Source of the DNA: Moniliella sp. 'wahieum'
Lineage: Eukaryota
NCBI GenBank assembly: GCA_003971905.1
Contig: RSEE01000049.1
Coordinates: 434,001 to 498,000 of the forward strand
DNA: 64,000 bases
Direction: 5' to 3'
Shown: positions 60,546 to 64,000 of the stretch, one piece after another
How the letters are laid out: each line of letters begins with the position of its first letter
How positions within the stretch are numbered: position 1 is the stretch's first letter
Program-made: the position numbers and the translations under genes
The notes under the pieces: model-generated
What the model was told of the DNA's origin: nothing
Databases searched by the model: none
What the model saw: the letters and a program-made list of their open reading frames with translations, nothing else

Positions 60546-63180
60546 TTAGAGGGTTGCGAGCGAGGCCCGGGTGGGCTTCTTGAGGGTCTGCTTCTTGGCC
60601 AACGCCACATCGTGAGGCAGGGCCACCACAATGTTGCGCGAGTTGTACCCATACTCATCTTGGACAACCGTATCGGCGTAACGGCGGATCTGGTAGTCGT
60701 GCGTCTTGCCTCGCTTAACCGACTCAAACGACCACGCAATAACAAACGGCCCTGACGAGGTCACAATCGAGGTCTCGTCGTCCTCTCCCACATCGAACCG
60801 AGCCGGGGTGAACTCGACGCCCTGGCCCATATACGCGACATGGTGTGGCTTAAGCTGCAACCGGCGCGGAACAGGCTTCGAGTTGGCAGGGAATGATTTG
60901 TCAAAGCCCAAACTACCCGCCCAGCGACCATCGCCAATCAGAGTGTCGATAAGCAAGAGATAAGTCTTGCACGTCGCCAAAACGTACCGCCCGTCGGACG
61001 TGACGTCCACTCCAGTGATCGGGTCACCCAGCGCAGGAAGCGCCGTCTTGGCATTCTTACCAATCTTGTCGAACAAACGCAAGTCACCCTTGTTGGAAGC
61101 GACCACGAGTCGCCCAGATGCATCGGTGGCAGCCGAGGAAAAGTCAGCCTTGGTGGCATACTGCTTGAACTGACTGTCGACCAACTTCTGGCCCGATACA
61201 CGAGGGTCAATCCGGTAGACCGCGTTGTGGCTTGTACCAACCAGTGTCTGCTCGGATGTCATCTGAGCGAACTTGGCCGAGGGGATCACGTTGGCCACTT
61301 CGACGTCCTCATGAATCCCCCACTCCTCAACCACCTTTCCATACTCCAAATCCATCTTGAAGACCGAGTGTTGGTTGCTAGGATCCATCAGTACCATAGC
61401 CGTATCCGAGTCGTGGAGCATAGCCTTGCGCGGGTTGAATGCGTTGCCCCCCGGTGTGGAGACATTGTTGATCGTCGTCGAAAACTCTAGGCCAGGCTGG
61501 CCTCTGAGCCATTAGACGTCTTAAACACTCCAATCCGGTTACCGCGCACGACGAATGCACGATCGTTCTTGTAGCCAATCGCCAGCTGGGAGTTCAGTTC
61601 CCTAGCCAAGGCGTCCGTCTCGTTGGGCATCCCCTCCGGCGCATCTCCCTCATTGCCCGCGTCGTCTTCTGGTTCCTCCTCCTCAGAAACCTCGTCTTCC
61701 TCCTCGATCGGGTTAATGGTCTCACCCAGTGCTTGGTCGATCGCCGCATCGTCCTCCTCGTCCTGGTCTGCGTCGGGCATGTCGACATCTTCCTCATGCT
61801 TCGTAGAGGTACTTCTGCTCATCCGGCTTGAGCTTGGACAGAGGAAGTTCATTCAGGGTTTGCCACAGGCAAGCGCTGAATCCGTGCTGGAACTGCTCGT
61901 ACGCTGGGCGCTTGTAAAAGCGCAATAGCCACGAGTAGTACAGCACCTTTCCTTCGTCATTGGTGGTAAAGTAGTTCCATACTGCACTCAGATTGTCCGC
62001 AGCAAAGTTCATGTTCATGTCTGCCGACACACGCTGAGAGAGCCAGAGCCGGCTCTGTCCATCTTCTTTGGGGGAAGACTGAACAGTCATCCAGAACATG
62101 TACTGGCCGGCTTCCACGACCTTGGCAACAGCGTTCTTCTCCTGGCTCATAAACAATCCCGAAGCCTCGTCATACAAGTACAGATCCGCGACCGCTTCCA
62201 CTGCCACAGGGTTGCCTGTTTCTTCAGCCCCAGGCACAATGGGGGGCAGGTTCTCGGTCGGAGCGGCCGGGACCAATGGTTTGCTCTCTGACACAGACAC
62301 CGCCGCAGTCGATACAACGCTTACATCCCCGCGCCCGCCGCCTCCGTTGCCTCTGTATTCTTGGCTGGGGTAGCAGGGGCCGATGGGGCAGCCACTGACT
62401 TGGCTGCAGGTGTGCTGGCTGACTCTGTTGAGCCGCAGTGGAGCGCGCTGGGGTAGCAGGAGTGCCAGGGACCGACGGGGCTGCCACCGACTTTGCCGCA
62501 GGCGTGTTGAACTGAGTCGATGGGGTCGCACTGGGGCGCAGTGGGGTGGCCGGAGCGGCGGGGATCGAGGGATAAAGACGGGGAGGTTGATATTGAGAGC
62601 ATCGAGATCCTCATCGGAGGCCTCCTGGTGAGGACGGTTGTACTTGCGCTCGTAGCAGCACTGGAGGTAGGTCACCTCGAAAATCGAGCGGGTTACGGCA
62701 TTGACCTGCTGTCCATCCACGACAAACTGGTACAAGTCTTCGTCCGGCGTGTCAGTGGCAGGAGTGGTAGGCGAAATGAGGGCCGACGAGCTCATATCCA
62801 ATTCTTCACCCAGATCACGCCAAACCAATGTCGGCTCGTCCGGCTCATCCGTATCGTGTGCGCCGGGATCAGCGCGCAAAGTGGACAGGCGGAAGGCGAG
62901 CGAAGGGTCAATGAGGAACGATTTTTCGTCGTCTGACTCATCGTCGTCGTCGAGAAGTGCCTGTCACCCTCATCGTAAGCGCGGGTGATGACCAGCTGGT
63001 AGTTGAAGGGGATGCTGGTGCGGCGGATGGTGGCGACGGCGTCCTTGTAGATGCACTCACGGGCGCTCTTGATCGCCCCGGAGCGGACGAGAGGTAGAGC
63101 GCACCCGCAGGAATCTGGATCAGCTCAGCGTTGTTCTCGTCGCCCCAAATTTTGCCAAAGAGGGACTTGAGCATGAACAT
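60546..63180 (-). CDS. VID27: Vacuolar import and degradation protein Vid27
   Basis: MFMLKSLFGKIWGD..AELIQIPAG.LYL, YSWLLRF, NSQLAIGYKNDRAFVVRGNRIGVF, MDLEYGKVVEEW, AKTALPALGDPITGVDVTSDGR. Confidence 0.95.
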
Positions 63181-63445
63181 GACGGGCAAGGGTACCAGGA
63201 GATGGTGGCGTGAAAAAGAAAGCTGTGGCGAGATGCGATGGCTTTGACGGGCGTTTGAACGTAGAACAGCCACCAACGCAAAGAAAACATTGAAGCCACG
63301 TCTCCCAATTCCGCTGGGGTCCGGGCGCCAGCGGAATTAGATGTGGCGGACTGGCGACGCGTGGACTATATTGGCGGTTGGTACTGTAGGTCCTGAGTTG
63401 CCCTCTCCACCCCGCCGCCGCCACCACCACCTCGCCTCCTCCATC

Positions 63446-64000
63446 ATGCCGCCCAAGGCCGACTGGGAAAAGTACGAAAAGCCCGACAGGACTCTACCGA
63501 GGACGATGGCCCCATTGTGCCGCTGGACGAGAGTGACATCCAGATCCTCAAGACCTATGGCCAGGGGCCTTATGCCCGCGCACTGAAGGATATTGAGAAG
63601 GAGATCAACGATGTTCAGAAGCGGGGTAAACGACAAGATGGGTGTGAAAGAGTCTGACACGGGGCTTGCTCCGCGCAACCTGTGGGATTTGGCAGCCGAC
63701 AAGAAGCGGCTGGAGGAAATGGGTCATCTGCAAGTGGCCCGCTGCACCAAGATCATCCGCGGTACCCGCCTGAACCCGCTTCCGGAAGTGGTGGGGCAGG
63801 TGGGGAAGTGGTGGATTGAGCGACTTGATGAACTCCATGTCACCCTTTGGTCGCTCCCGCGCGCCCAAGGTGGACGAAGAGGATAAGTACGTGATCAACA
63901 TCAAGCAGATGCCAAGTTTGTTGTCTCGCTCAACAAGAACGTCGCACCAACCGACATTGAAGAGGGAATGCGGGTTGGGGTGGACCGCAACAAGTATCAA
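63446..64000 (+). CDS. RPT1: 26S proteasome AAA-ATPase Rpt1 (PSMC2), 5' part
   Basis: [81 protein letters not shown]; runs off the window end. Confidence 0.96.

Noticed and set aside
63200..63440. Rpn4/PACE element upstream of RPT1
   Set aside because: Only partial GTGGCG matches; no GGTGGCAAA.
1..64000. Mass pseudogenisation or programmed frameshifting suggested by frameshifts in nearly all genes
   Set aside because: Essential genes (RPL31, GAR1, EBP2, RPT1, eIF3d, TRM6) are equally affected by 1-nt losses while amino-acid motifs remain intact. This is the pattern of unpolished long-read errors.

Overview
Gene-dense eukaryotic DNA, most likely a basidiomycete fungus and possibly Ustilaginomycotina (high GC, short GT..CTRAC..AG introns). 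The window holds about 25 genes, mostly housekeeping: FG nucleoporin, CWF19, DJP1-type J-protein, MAPEG, RPL31, EBP2, PTR2, Nup42/Amo1, sterol-desaturase family, GAR1, Kre9-like GPI protein, VTC1, ANT1, family-16 methyltransferase, cytochrome b5, eIF3d, TRM6, mitochondrial uS15, cyclophilin B, MOB2, Trx-like, AIM19-like, VID27 and RPT1. Almost every gene, including essential ones, has 1-bp frameshifts, which I read as uncorrected long-read indels, so CDS spans are gene extents and not exact exon models. Two things stand out. (1) A young, structurally complete 4.6-kb copia-type LTR element (21713-26312: TG..CA LTRs, 5-bp TSD, half-tRNAiMet PBS, PPT) has no recognisable pol, carrying instead a gag-like ORF followed by four different tandem-repeat arrays. 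(2) Intergenic and promoter DNA shows a recurring grammar, TNA-[4-bp palindrome]-TNA in 7-bp phase, in which the palindromic spacer changes between and even within arrays. All family assignments come from motif recognition by eye, not database searches.
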